DNA of 32,000 nt from Vibrio alginolyticus NBRC 15630 = ATCC 17749 (GCF_000354175.2 NC_022349.1:1830001-1862000), one strand, 5' to 3'. Counted from the stretch's first letter, positions 22,464 through 30,710 are shown. The notes: generated by a model from the sequence alone, not told the origin. A program made the numbers and translations.

Positions 22464-23717
22464 CTACTCATCACTATCAAAGAAATAAGAAATACGCGAA
22501 CGCGGATTTAGATACTCTTTTACTTTATCCGGTAATTTTGACGGATGAATCGCGTTAACTATCTTTATATCTTTTGAGGCAAGATCAATGATTGGCGCTT
22601 GCGTCCTTGGTACTGATGGATCGTAAACCAAGACATTCGGGAATAATAAATGCGATGCATTCACTGAGATAACCAGGCCGACCATATTATTAGAAAGCTG
22701 AACTACGGTACCCGGAGGAAACACGCCCATAAACTTAATTAGGATGTTCAGGTTCTCTTCTTTATATAGGTGTTTACAGTTCTTATATAAATGAGAGAGT
22801 GCGGTATAAGGAATCTTTTGATCTGAGACTATCGGTGTATGACACAAGTTATCAAACGCATTGGCTACAGCAATAATTTGAGCAAACTCGTTGATCTCAT
22901 CTCCTTTCAGGCCTTTAGGATAACCAGACCCATCTCTTAGCTCATGGTGCTGCGCGATCACAATTCTCGCGACTTCGGGAAAAGCCTCGATTTGACTCGC
23001 AAGATCGACACCATATTTAGTGTGCAACTTTAAGTAGTTGGTTTCTGGCTCTGTTAGAGGTAGTTGCTTTCTTAATATTGCAGTCGGGATTTTTATTTTC
23101 CCGATATCATGGAATAGTGCGGAGAAGGAAAGCTCTTTCAACTGTGCTGCTGAGTACCCTTTAGCACGGCCAATCATCATCGAGATAACAGCCACGTTCA
23201 ATGAGTGGAAATAAATATCTTCAAACTCATTTTTTCCGTTCATCAGATGTAACGTAACATTATCATCGCACATTAACTTCTCGACGATATCTTCAATAAG
23301 AAGCTTTGCTTCATCAACTGCTGCTGTCGGACGGTTACGGATTTTAGTCATGACTGAACGCATACGTGCCAGAGAGCGCTCAAACTCTTTTTCACACTGA
23401 ATCACGCGTCGACGGTATGCACTTAACTTTTCTATGCGGTTCTGTTTTTCTTGCCACATTTTTTGAGTTTCATGATCTAACGACGCTTCATTTGTTACTC
23501 TGTCAGCTTGTCTTTGATCAACAGGGAGTGGAACGGCATCGCTTTGCTCTGGATTAAAGTAAACGAACTTTACGCCGAGGTGGCGGATCATCTCGACTTG
23601 CTCTTGGTCTTTAATCTTAAAGCTATTGAGTAGAAAGGGGTGATCGTTCCACTTTAGCGGAAGACGGATATGTAATCCGGGTTGAATACGATCGACCGTT
23701 AGTTTAATGGCTGCCAC
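22464..23717 (-). CDS. HD-GYP domain cyclic-di-GMP phosphodiesterase with a DUF3391-like N-terminal domain
   Basis: 417 aa with a GTG start. It has the HD motif (LFHDIGKIKIP) and the HHELRDGSGYPKGL (HD-GYP) motif. The N-terminus IQPGLHIRLPLKWNDHPFL is typical of DUF3391. Confidence 0.88.
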   Translation of the reverse strand: MAAIKLTVDRIQPGLHIRLPLKWNDHPFLLNSFKIKDQEQVEMIRHLGVKFVYFNPEQSDAVPLPVDQRQADRVTNEASLDHETQKMWQEKQNRIEKLSAYRRRVIQCEKEFERSLARMRSVMTKIRNRPTAAVDEAKLLIEDIVEKLMCDDNVTLHLMNGKNEFEDIYFHSLNVAVISMMIGRAKGYSAAQLKELSFSALFHDIGKIKIPTAILRKQLPLTEPETNYLKLHTKYGVDLASQIEAFPEVARIVIAQHHELRDGSGYPKGLKGDEINEFAQIIAVANAFDNLCHTPIVSDQKIPYTALSHLYKNCKHLYKEENLNILIKFMGVFPPGTVVQLSNNMVGLVISVNASHLLFPNVLVYDPSVPRTQAPIIDLASKDIKIVNAIHPSKLPDKVKEYLNPRSRISYFFDSDE

Positions 23718-23847
23718 TTATTCACTACTGATTTATATTTCTTAAGAGAGTTAGAATACTAGTAAATTTTGTGAATAAATTCATCAGTAACTAGCAAAAC
23801 ATCAAACCGTTATTTCTAAGCGACTCACTTAATTAGATAGAAGTAAG

Positions 23848-24846
23848 CTACTTTAAGGAGCGATCTGCTTTGCGTATTTTAAGCTTGGCCTCGAACACTG
23901 GCTTGTCTATTACTTCTTGATCTTTGACTAGCCCCATTAACGTTTGTACCGCTACACGGGCCATGTCACTGATAGGAAAGTGCACTGCTGATACTGTAGG
24001 GTAAAGACTTTCACAAAGATCAACACTGTCAAAGCTAGTTAATGAGATTTGCTCTGGTACAGAAATACTGTGCTCGTGTAAGTACTGCATTGCGCCAACC
24101 GTCATTTCTTCACTGCACGAAAAGACAGCCGTCACATCAGGGTGTCGTTGTAAAATTGCAGCCATTGCATCATAACCACTTTGCCGACCATAATTCCCTT
24201 CTTCACACCAGCTTTCATCAATATCTATACCAGCATCCTTCATTGCATCAATATACCCAAGCTTTCTCAATACACTGTTATGACGTTGGGATGGACCGGC
24301 AATACAAGCAATCTTTCGATGACCACCAGCTAAAAGGTGCTCAACGGCAATACGGCTTGCATGATGATGGTTAAAGGTAACACAACGCTCTTCTATTCCT
24401 TCCACGTAGCGATCCAGGAGAACGAAAGGTGTTGGCTGTTTAGCTAATTCACGTAAGTCATCATCTGACAAATAACGACTATGAAGTACATAGCCGTCAC
24501 AACGTAAATCATTAAAACGCTGAATTGCCTCTTTTTCACCTTGTGCAGAATGATGGCCTTGAGCTGTAATCAAAAACTTCTTATGAATATCCAGCTCGGT
24601 CTGAACCTGCTCCATCATCTCGCCAAAGAAGCCCCCCGTATAGTAAGTCACCAATAACCCAACCATATTACTGGATGAGGTTGCGAGTGAACGAGCAATT
24701 GCACTAGGACGATAATTCAATTGCGCCATAGCTTGCTCTACTTTTTTTCGAGTTTCCTCGCGAAATTTCCCCTCTCCATTAATAATTCGAGAAACGGTAG
24801 AGCGATTTACACCGGCGAGTTCGGCTACATCTTTAATCCTTGCCAT
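23848..24846 (-). CDS. LacI/GalR-family transcriptional regulator (candidate regulator of the chb/deacetylase locus)
   Basis: 332 aa. It has an N-terminal HTH (MARIKDVAELAGVNRSTVSRIINGEG) and a periplasmic-binding-protein-like sugar-binding core. It is the last gene in line with the chb genes. Confidence 0.88.
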   Translation of the reverse strand: MARIKDVAELAGVNRSTVSRIINGEGKFREETRKKVEQAMAQLNYRPSAIARSLATSSSNMVGLLVTYYTGGFFGEMMEQVQTELDIHKKFLITAQGHHSAQGEKEAIQRFNDLRCDGYVLHSRYLSDDDLRELAKQPTPFVLLDRYVEGIEERCVTFNHHHASRIAVEHLLAGGHRKIACIAGPSQRHNSVLRKLGYIDAMKDAGIDIDESWCEEGNYGRQSGYDAMAAILQRHPDVTAVFSCSEEMTVGAMQYLHEHSISVPEQISLTSFDSVDLCESLYPTVSAVHFPISDMARVAVQTLMGLVKDQEVIDKPVFEAKLKIRKADRSLK

Positions 24847-24898
24847 AATGCTATTGGGTCCAACTGCAATTGTTATTAAATATTCGTTTGTGTAGAAC

Positions 24899-24945
24899 GG
24901 CTGCCAGCAATTCGTAAGGTGCTATAGGGGGCGAAGCTGGCAGCC
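24899..24945 (-). other. long stem-loop between chbG and the LacI-family gene
   Basis: Perfect 10-bp arms GGCTGCCAGC (24899-24908) and GCTGGCAGCC (24936-24945). A further 4 bp (TTCG/CGAA) pair after a 2-nt bulge. No U-tract follows on the - strand. Confidence 0.5.
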
Positions 24946-24950
24946 TTTAA

Positions 24951-25706
24951 TCATACACCGACCATTTGATTGGTAGAAACAAGCTCAGAGTAATCCGTGA
25001 CAGTTATGCCATGATGAGCTAACTGTTCTTTTAAAATGGGAGAGGTAAGAACTTGTAACTCTAGCTCTCGCTGAAGCGCATAGCCACTCTTTAAGATAAG
25101 CGCCTGATCGGCCTCTGCCGGGTGGCACATCACCTCAACCAAGTCATAGTCAGCTTTTAAGCTCAATAAATGTGTCATCAAACCATCCAAGCTCACTTTT
25201 TGGTCATAAAACTCATCAGTAAAGATATACCTGATTGTCATCGATTCTTGACACAAGCCAGTGCCCCGCAGTGGCACTCGGTATTCATTCGCTACTTCTT
25301 TAATAACGGGCAAAATTTGAGGGTGAGTATGCGCGTGATGATGGCTATCTAAGTGGCTTAGCTCTAACCCAAGCGATAAAAAATGTTCCACCTGAGCTTT
25401 TGCTTCATCATAAACGACCTGAGTTTCGAAGTCCTGCTTACTCCAAAGTTCGTCATAGTTGATAAAGTGCGCTCGGCCGTTGGTCAAGTTAGGATGCTTC
25501 GTTATAGGCACACCTGCTGTAAACCTAAGATGAACGCCAACTTTCAAGCCTGGATTATGGCGAGCTAGTTCTAAGGCATGTTGCTCAGCATCCATACCCA
25601 CCATCATGGTGGTTGAATGAACCACACCTTGCTGATGAGCTTTAACGATGCCGTTATTTACACCTCTCGTTAAACCAAAATCATCAGCATTAAAAATGAC
25701 TTTCAT
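24951..25706 (-). CDS. chbG: YdjC-family chitooligosaccharide deacetylase ChbG
   Basis: 251 aa. MKVIFNADDFGLTRGVNNGI and SHLDSHHHAH are YdjC/ChbG metal-site motifs. It follows the GH4 gene, as in chb operons. Confidence 0.85.
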   Translation of the reverse strand: MKVIFNADDFGLTRGVNNGIVKAHQQGVVHSTTMMVGMDAEQHALELARHNPGLKVGVHLRFTAGVPITKHPNLTNGRAHFINYDELWSKQDFETQVVYDEAKAQVEHFLSLGLELSHLDSHHHAHTHPQILPVIKEVANEYRVPLRGTGLCQESMTIRYIFTDEFYDQKVSLDGLMTHLLSLKADYDLVEVMCHPAEADQALILKSGYALQRELELQVLTSPILKEQLAHHGITVTDYSELVSTNQMVGV

Positions 25707-25724
25707 TGGCGTCCTTCCTTAGTA

Positions 25725-27053
25725 CTACAACGTCGTTAGTTTAAATTGAGGTAAATACGGAGCGTTCACCGCTAGGATATCATCCAGGATTGACTTGGCG
25801 CGGCCAATGTCAGGCACCAATGGGTTATTGGTTAATGCCATAAGCGCCTTGTCATAATTACCTTCGACAGCAGCTTCTATTGTTAGCTGCTCATACGCTT
25901 TAACTTGATGGAGTAATCCTTTGATATTGTTTGACAACTCGCCAACCGCAAGAGGTTTCGCCCCCCAGCTACCAATCACCGCACTACATTCAATCACAGC
26001 ATCGTCAGGTAGGCCGTTGATCGCTCCATTATTTAAAACGTTAACAACATGAATACTATTACGATTGTTATAAATTGAATCAACTAGGTTCAGTGATGCA
26101 TCAGAATAATAAGCACCACCCCGCTCCTCTAACTCTTTCGGCTTATGATCGAGGGTAGGATCTTGATAGAGCTTAAACAGCGCATTTTCTGTTTCCATTA
26201 CCTGCTCAGCACGAGTGCCTTTTTCATCGGCACTTTGTTTCTCTTCAGCAAGCATGGCATCAGTTTGGTAGAAGTAACGATGATAAGGACATGGTATCGC
26301 CCCCAGTGCTTTTAGAAATGCCGGATCCCACGGCTCTTCCCAGATATTCTTCATACTGAAGTTGGCACCATCACCGACTTTCTCTAATACCGTTTGAGTA
26401 ATATCTTCCCCATTGAGCCATGCTTTGTGTACCCACACGAGATGGTTTAACCCAGCAAACTCAAGTTGTAGCTCTTTTGGCTCGCACTCCATCATTTCTG
26501 CAATCATCATTTCCATTGAAACGGGCACATTGCATAAACCAATACTCTTTACTTTGGTGTACTTACTGACCGCTTCGGAAACTAAACCCGCTGGGTTGGT
26601 GAAATTGAGCATCCATGCGTTTGGAGCCAACTCTTCAATGTCTTTACAGATATCAAGAATGACCGGAATGGTTCGCAGTGCTTTAGCAAAACCACCAGGG
26701 CCCGTTGTTTCTTGGCCGATGACGTTGTACTTGATTGGGATTCGCTCATCGTTAGCGCGTGCAGCAAGGCCACCAACACGAAACTGCGTCATCACAAAAT
26801 CCGCATCTTTTATCGCAGCACGGCGATCGAAACCGGCTTTTATCTCAATTTTTGCTCCGGCTTTATCGACCATTCGCTGAGCCAATCCTTTGATGATCTC
26901 AAGCTTCTCAGCTCCTGACTCAATGTCCACAAAATGGATTTTCTTAACGGGTAAATATTCTAAGCGCTTAATAACCCCTTCAACCAATTCCGGGGTATAG
27001 CTACTACCACCGCCAATAATGGCAAGTTTGATCGCCTCTCTAGACATTTTCAT
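25725..27053 (-). CDS. chbF: GH4 6-phospho-beta-glucosidase (ChbF/CelF type, NAD+/Mn2+-dependent)
   Basis: 442 aa. It has the N-terminal NAD-binding IIGGGSSYTPELV motif and the GLCNVP motif with the conserved Cys. Length and motif order match glycoside hydrolase family 4. Confidence 0.88.
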   Translation of the reverse strand: MKMSREAIKLAIIGGGSSYTPELVEGVIKRLEYLPVKKIHFVDIESGAEKLEIIKGLAQRMVDKAGAKIEIKAGFDRRAAIKDADFVMTQFRVGGLAARANDERIPIKYNVIGQETTGPGGFAKALRTIPVILDICKDIEELAPNAWMLNFTNPAGLVSEAVSKYTKVKSIGLCNVPVSMEMMIAEMMECEPKELQLEFAGLNHLVWVHKAWLNGEDITQTVLEKVGDGANFSMKNIWEEPWDPAFLKALGAIPCPYHRYFYQTDAMLAEEKQSADEKGTRAEQVMETENALFKLYQDPTLDHKPKELEERGGAYYSDASLNLVDSIYNNRNSIHVVNVLNNGAINGLPDDAVIECSAVIGSWGAKPLAVGELSNNIKGLLHQVKAYEQLTIEAAVEGNYDKALMALTNNPLVPDIGRAKSILDDILAVNAPYLPQFKLTTL

Positions 27054-27059
27054 CCCCCT

Positions 27060-27374
27060 TTACTTGTTCGAGATTTTTTTGTTCAGTGCGACGATTTCTA
27101 CAGCCATCTCTTGAGCCAAAATCGTAGTCATCAGGTGATCTTGAGCATGCACCATCACTAACGTCATCGGGACTTTCCCTTCTCCCTGATCTTCTTCAAT
27201 AAGCTGAGTCTGTATTAAGTGGGCTTTATTAATGCACTCTCTTGCTTGAGAGAGCTTCTCGTCAGCCGCTTCAAAATCTTGTTCTCGAGATAAACGCAAT
27301 GCCTCGTAGCTTAAACTTCTGGCTTCACCAGCATTGCAAATGATCTCCATCACAACCAATTCTTGTTCCATCAT
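27060..27374 (-). CDS. chbA: PTS lactose/cellobiose-family EIIA component
   Basis: The ORF track starts at 27413, but that extension covers an intergenic hairpin. The ATG at 27374 is preceded by GGAGAG (27383-27378) and gives 104 aa (MMEQELVVMEIICNAGEARS...HAQDHLM), the usual size of ChbA-type EIIA. The active-site His lies in MVHAQDHL. Confidence 0.85.
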   Translation of the reverse strand: MMEQELVVMEIICNAGEARSLSYEALRLSREQDFEAADEKLSQARECINKAHLIQTQLIEEDQGEGKVPMTLVMVHAQDHLMTTILAQEMAVEIVALNKKISNK

Positions 27375-27390
27375 TTTCTCTCCGAAAATC

Positions 27391-27411
27391 GGGCCGCGGT
27401 AATTGCGGCCC
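27391..27411 (-). other. GC-rich intercistronic hairpin between chbC and chbA
   Basis: GGGCCGC (27391-27397), a 7-nt loop, GCGGCCC (27405-27411). This is a 7-bp stem made entirely of G-C pairs. It sits 11 nt after the chbC stop and 7 nt before the chbA SD. Confidence 0.6.
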
Positions 27412-27422
27412 ATTAAGCACAG

Positions 27423-28757
27423 TTAAGCAGTAACGCCTTCGCCTGACGGCTGCGTGTCACCTTTAGTTTCCTTCGTCGTTGGTAGTTCTTGCTCCAACAT
27501 TTGCTTCTCAAACATTTTGAAGAATGGGAAGTAGATGATTAGATCAAGAATCAATAAACCAATGACGAGCAATACTGGCGCAAAGGTCCAACCGCTACCC
27601 CACGAAGCACCTATCAGTGCCGGTGTTGTCCAAGGTGTTGTAGCGACACCCATACCCACAAAGCCGACATGCACAGCAAAATACGCAATCGTAGCGTTGA
27701 TGACTGGAGCGAAGACGAACGGGATAAACAAGGTCGGGTTCATCACAACTGGGCTACCGAAGATCACTGGTTCGTTGATTTGGAAAAAGCCAGGCACCGA
27801 ACTCATTCGACCAATGCTCTTAAGGTGAACAGAACGGCTAAACGACATCAGCATAACAAGAGCAAGTGTTGCACCAGAGCCGCCAATAAAGATGTAAAAA
27901 TCCCAGAACGGTTGAGTAAATACATTTGGAATCGGTTCACCTGCAACAAAGGCTTCAATGTTGGCACCAATGTTGGTCAAAAAGATTGGAGAAAGCAGTC
28001 CAACAACAATTGCAGCACCATGAATACCCGCAAACCAAAGCAGCTGGCAAAGCAATAAAGCGCCAATAATGGCAGGCAATGAGTTAGACGCACTAATTAG
28101 CGGTTTAAAGATAGCCATAACAGCATCTGGAATCAGCATGTCGTACTGGGTTTGTACGAAAAGGCTAAGTGGATATAAGGTAATGAATATCGCTAAGACT
28201 GGTAGCAATACTTCAAATGATCGCGCAATCGCCGGTGGCACCTGCTCTGGCATGCGAATCGTAATATTGTGCTTTTTCATAAAACGGTAGAGCTCCACCG
28301 AGAAAAATGCACACATCACTGCGGTGAAGATCCCGGTTCCGCCCATGTGAGACATAGACAACGCGCCATCTTTAGCTGGGGCCGCAATGAGTAAAAAAGA
28401 CATTAGTGACAATACAGCACTCGTGATCCCATCCATCTTGTAAGCCTTCGCTAAACTATAAGCAACGCCCAGCGAAACAAAAATGGTCATGATCCCCATC
28501 GACATGTTGTAGGGCATCATTATGGTATCAAAATGTGTAGTGGCGAAATCGAGCCAAATTCGACCAAAAGTAAAGGTTGTATCTTCGGCAAATGGGGGGA
28601 ATGCAAAAATCAAAATGAAACTACCGACAATAATAAACGGCATTGCGACAATAAAACCGTCTCTCATTGCGCGAACATGGGGCTGATTCCCCACTTTAGC
28701 TGCTATAGGGGCTATATGCTTTTCGACTGCGCCTATAATTGCGTCATAAAGCTTCAT
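27423..28757 (-). CDS. chbC: PTS lactose/cellobiose-family EIIC permease
   Basis: The ORF track starts at 28781. The ATG at 28757 (MKLYDAIIGAVEKHIAP...) has AAGGA at appropriate spacing. The protein of about 444 aa is polytopic and typical of ChbC/CelB EIIC. Confidence 0.88.
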   Translation of the reverse strand: MKLYDAIIGAVEKHIAPIAAKVGNQPHVRAMRDGFIVAMPFIIVGSFILIFAFPPFAEDTTFTFGRIWLDFATTHFDTIMMPYNMSMGIMTIFVSLGVAYSLAKAYKMDGITSAVLSLMSFLLIAAPAKDGALSMSHMGGTGIFTAVMCAFFSVELYRFMKKHNITIRMPEQVPPAIARSFEVLLPVLAIFITLYPLSLFVQTQYDMLIPDAVMAIFKPLISASNSLPAIIGALLLCQLLWFAGIHGAAIVVGLLSPIFLTNIGANIEAFVAGEPIPNVFTQPFWDFYIFIGGSGATLALVMLMSFSRSVHLKSIGRMSSVPGFFQINEPVIFGSPVVMNPTLFIPFVFAPVINATIAYFAVHVGFVGMGVATTPWTTPALIGASWGSGWTFAPVLLVIGLLILDLIIYFPFFKMFEKQMLEQELPTTKETKGDTQPSGEGVTA

Positions 28758-28791
28758 AGAATCCATCCTTATTTTAGGCAAAAGAATCCCG

Positions 28792-28813
28792 CATCAAATA
28801 TTTATATTTGATG
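28792..28813. repeat. perfect 10-bp inverted repeat between chbB and chbC
   Basis: CATCAAATAT (28792-28801), TT, ATATTTGATG (28804-28813). It lies in the 87-nt chbB-chbC gap. Confidence 0.7.
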
Positions 28814-28844
28814 TACAGTTATCTTTTTAATTTAAAACTATAGT

Positions 28845-29150
28845 TTAGTTAATTAATTCTAATGCTTGCTCTAGTACTTCTTCTCCCTTCATCATTCCAT
28901 AATGCTGAGGAGAAATAGCATCAATGTTTTTACCATGCTCTTGCGCCGTTTTTCTTAGCTCTTCTAGCTGAAAACGTACTTGAGGCCCGAGAAGACAAAC
29001 ATCGTACTCTTTAATTACATCTTCAAACGCATTCACTGACATTGCATCAATTTTGCACTCAATTCCTTTATTTTCAGCAGCTTGCTCCATTTTCTTAACA
29101 AGCATACTGGTTGACATCCCTGCGCTACAGCATAAAAGGATCTTTTTCAT
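28845..29150 (-). CDS. chbB: PTS lactose/cellobiose-family EIIB component
   Basis: 101 aa. MKKILLCCSAGMSTSMLVKKM contains the phosphorylatable Cys of the ChbB/CelA EIIB family. GGGAGTAAGG precedes the start. Confidence 0.88.
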   Translation of the reverse strand: MKKILLCCSAGMSTSMLVKKMEQAAENKGIECKIDAMSVNAFEDVIKEYDVCLLGPQVRFQLEELRKTAQEHGKNIDAISPQHYGMMKGEEVLEQALELIN

Positions 29151-29218
29151 AGCCTTACTCCCGTTGTGTAAATTTCAACCTGTAAAAACTGTAGCAAAAA
29201 TAACCAAGACAAAAAAGC

Positions 29219-29230
29219 GCAACCGGTTGC
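29219..29230. promoter_or_regulatory. candidate LacI-family operator (perfect 12-bp palindrome)
   Basis: GCAACCGGTTGC is centred on CG, as in LacI/GalR-family operators. It lies 69-80 nt upstream of the chbB ATG, in the chbB/deacetylase divergent region. Confidence 0.45.
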
Positions 29231-29236
29231 ATTATT

Positions 29237-29252
29237 CGTGAACACAATCCCA
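29237..29252. promoter_or_regulatory. possible CRP site (weak)
   Basis: Read on the - strand it is TGGGA-N6-TCACG, which matches 8 of 10 positions of the CRP core TGTGA-N6-TCACA at the correct spacing. It is adjacent to the palindrome. Confidence 0.3.
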
Positions 29253-29396
29253 ATTTAGAAAATACCACCTATTTTTTGTAATTATTTAGGTCTAGGATAA
29301 AAGTCATAAAATAATTTAAGACATCACATTAAGTTTCAAATTATCAATATTTTACTACTGACAACGTCGTTATTAATTTCTTAAAAGGAATAGAGA

Positions 29397-30680
29397 ATGA
29401 AATTTAATAAATTGGCTATTGCAGCGCTTGTAAGTGCCGCACTATCACAGCACTCATTTGCTCAAACCGACTCTAAAGGCACCATTTATCTAACGTTTGA
29501 TGATGGACCAATCAATGCATCTATTGACGTTATTCAAGTACTTAACCAGGAAGATATCAAAGCGACGTTTTACTTTAATGCTTGGCATTTAGATGGAATT
29601 GGTGATGAGAATGAAGACCGTTCGCTAGAAGCCTTAAAGCTCGCATTAGACACTGGTCATATTGTCGCGAACCATAGTTACGATCATATGGTTCATAATT
29701 GCGTTGATGAGTTTGGACCGAACAGTGCTGCGGAGTGTAATGCGACCGGGGACCACCAGCTTAACTCGTATCAAGACCCTGTTTACGATGCCTCAATGTT
29801 TACGGAAAACTTATCTGTGTTAGCAAAGTATTTGCCGAACATTACAAGCTACCCGAACTACAAGGCAACAGAGTTTGCTAGACTGCCCTACACCAACGGT
29901 TGGCGCGTGACGAAAGACTTCAAAGCAGATGGGTTATGTGCCACGTCTGATGACCTGAAACCTTGGGAACCAGGATATGTATGCGATACATCCAACCCAT
30001 CCAACAGTGTAAAAGCAGCTATCGAGGTTCAAAATATCCTAGCGAATAACGGCTATCAAACTCACGGTTGGGATGTGGACTGGGCACCTGAAAATTGGGG
30101 CATTGAAATGCCAGCAAACAGCCTTACAGAAGCAGAAGCATTTCTTGGATATGTGGATTCCGCGTTAAACACTTGTGCACCAACAACGATTAACCCGATC
30201 AACTCCAAAGCTCAAGAGTTCCCATGTGGTACACCTTTACACGCCGATAAAGTTATCGTTTTAACTCACGAGTTCCTATTTGAAGATGGTAAGCGTGGCA
30301 TGGGGGCAACGCAAAACTTACCTAAGCTCGCTAAGTTTATACAGTTAGCAAAACAAGCGGGTTATGACTTCGACACAATGGATAACTACACACCGAACTG
30401 GCAAGTTGGTCATAACTACGACGCTGGCGATTACGTCTTACACCTAGGTACTGTATACCAGGCTGTAACAAACCATACTGCACAACAAGATTGGGCACCG
30501 TCTCCAACCTCTAGCCTCTGGACAAATGCAGACCCAGCCACTAACTGGACTCAGAATGTTTCCTATAAACAAGGTGATGTGGTGACTTATCAAGGTTTGC
30601 GTTATCTAGTTGATGTACCGCACGTGTCCCAAGCAGACTGGACTCCGAACACTCAAAATACCTTGTTCACAGCTCTATAG
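29397..30680 (+). CDS. cod: secreted chitin oligosaccharide (chitin disaccharide) deacetylase, CE4 catalytic domain plus two CBM12-type chitin-binding modules
   Basis: 427 aa. It has a signal peptide (MKFNKLAIAALVSAALSQHSFA/Q), the CE4 motifs TFDDGP and HSYDH, and two C-terminal aromatic repeats (WQVGHNYDAGDYVLHLGTVYQAV...DWAPS and WTQNVSYKQGDVVTYQGLRYLV...DWTPN). The architecture and size match the characterised Vibrio COD enzymes. Confidence 0.88.
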   Translation: MKFNKLAIAALVSAALSQHSFAQTDSKGTIYLTFDDGPINASIDVIQVLNQEDIKATFYFNAWHLDGIGDENEDRSLEALKLALDTGHIVANHSYDHMVHNCVDEFGPNSAAECNATGDHQLNSYQDPVYDASMFTENLSVLAKYLPNITSYPNYKATEFARLPYTNGWRVTKDFKADGLCATSDDLKPWEPGYVCDTSNPSNSVKAAIEVQNILANNGYQTHGWDVDWAPENWGIEMPANSLTEAEAFLGYVDSALNTCAPTTINPINSKAQEFPCGTPLHADKVIVLTHEFLFEDGKRGMGATQNLPKLAKFIQLAKQAGYDFDTMDNYTPNWQVGHNYDAGDYVLHLGTVYQAVTNHTAQQDWAPSPTSSLWTNADPATNWTQNVSYKQGDVVTYQGLRYLVDVPHVSQADWTPNTQNTLFTAL

Positions 30681-30710
30681 GCTGTTCCTACTATCACCAT
30701 GTAGTAGTTT

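Noticed and set aside
25727-29372. An identical 12-mer ACAACGTCGTTA occurs at the chbF 3' end (25727-25738) and 25 nt upstream of the deacetylase start (29361-29372). It contains the odd palindrome AACG-T-CGTT.
   Set aside because: In a 32-kb window, tens of exact 12-mer repeats are expected by chance (about N^2/2 x 4^-12). One copy lies inside coding sequence, and the dyad is short with an odd centre, unlike LacI-type operators. It is worth rechecking only if comparative data show conservation.
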